The notes below the pieces were generated by a model. The model was not told where the DNA came from, made no database searches, and worked only from the letters and a program-made list of their open reading frames with translations. DNA of 64,000 nucleotides from Macrostomum hystrix (Eukaryota > Animalia > Platyhelminthes): assembly GCA_950097015.1 (NCBI GenBank), contig CATNEN010000001.1, positions 25,978,001 through 26,042,000 of the forward strand, read 5' to 3'. Within the stretch, counting starts at the first letter, position 1; every line of letters starts with the position of its first letter. The translations under genes were made by a program, and so were the position numbers. This document shows, in pieces, positions 63,224 to 64,000 of this stretch.

Positions 63224-63611
63224 TGGGGTAGGTCAAGGCGAACACAGAGTTCCGCCAGCCGCCTCCGCAGTTCTGAGCCGAGTTTCCCTTGCACAGCATA
63301 CTGCAGTCAGTCTCGGCTGCTGACCCAAACGAACCGTAGGTGTTGCTGCATGTGCAGTAAGTTGCATACTGTAAAGCAAAATACTGGAAGCCACCCAGTG
63401 AGCAGACGCCGCTGCAGTACTCTCTGGACTGGCTGTTGCTTATGACAACGCCTTGTGCGTTGACGTTGACCAGGCCGATGCTGCTGACTCCCTTCAGCCC
63501 GCTCAGGTCTCTAGTAGCCGCGTCAAGGAAGCAGCCGAGATAGGAAAACTGCACCGATGGCAAAGCAAAGGCTGCAGCCAGTGAGGATAGAACAAGCGGG
63601 AGCGAGATCAT
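63224..63611 (-). CDS. Secreted WSC-domain protein, exon 1 (signal peptide + WSC domain); spliced product 209 aa
   Basis: ATG at 63611; signal peptide MISLPLVLSSLAAAFA; WSC motifs YLGCFLD...RDL, YCSGVC, YFALQYATYCTCSN, CSMLCKGNSAQNCGGGWRNSVF; donor A|GTGAGT at 63223. 388 + 242 nt = 630 nt in frame. Confidence 0.88.
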
Positions 63612-63957
63612 TGTCGATTGGAGAGCTGAGGCTCGCAGTTTGGATAAGATCCATCTGTTATTTAGCTGCAATTTGCAGTTTTGCAGTTTGGCCGCTATTG
63701 GCCAATCAGATGAATCGTTTTGAAACTGTTGCGTACAGTATTAACAAAAGTATTTCATCCCATTTTATAAACGGCAAGTTTAGAACCAAAACAGAAGCAG
63801 TTTGGTTGGTCATTGTCCTTGGTCTTGATAGTTATACCCAGTCTTGCTATAGGCTTTTAATGACCAATAAATGTCACGGAAAAAAACTAAATCAAACTGA
63901 ACCTGGATGTCTACTGGCAATTTTTCTGTAAACCGTTATGCGCAACGGGTGGGTGGT

Positions 63958-64000
63958 TGGGTGACAGTGAGAGTGGATGGGTGACAGTGAGGGTGGGTGA
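63958..64000. repeat. Start of another ~20-bp tandem repeat (GGGTGACAGTGAGAGTGGAT) running off the window
   Basis: About two copies at the window end. Confidence 0.55.

Overview
This is eukaryotic (metazoan) genomic DNA, not prokaryotic. The dense 16-45-bp minisatellites, GC-rich poly-Q/A/S coding style and small secreted WSC gene suggest a flatworm such as Macrostomum, but that is inference only. The window holds: (1) a TCF/LEF (pangolin-like) Wnt-effector gene on the minus strand, with two coding exons (21294-19698 and 10935-9740, about 930 aa), an 8.8-kb intron, and probably a non-coding first exon and promoter near 25.9-26.6 kb; (2) a tRNA-Ile gene with the unusual eukaryotic anticodon GAT; (3) a two-exon gene for a secreted WSC + PAN/Apple protein near the right end; (4) an internally deleted mariner, a hAT MITE with a perfect 8-bp TSD, and an intronic MITE; (5) about 25 distinct tandem arrays covering roughly 40% of the window. 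Most long ORFs in the track are translations of these arrays. The most notable observations are: the TCF beta-catenin-binding motif is internal and followed directly by a Groucho-type WRPY motif; a minisatellite upstream could encode a poly-WRPY peptide; two arrays consist of perfect HSE and/or STAT sites; and two transposons share sequence with the minisatellites beside them. No new system can be proven from the sequence alone, so the findings are hypotheses.
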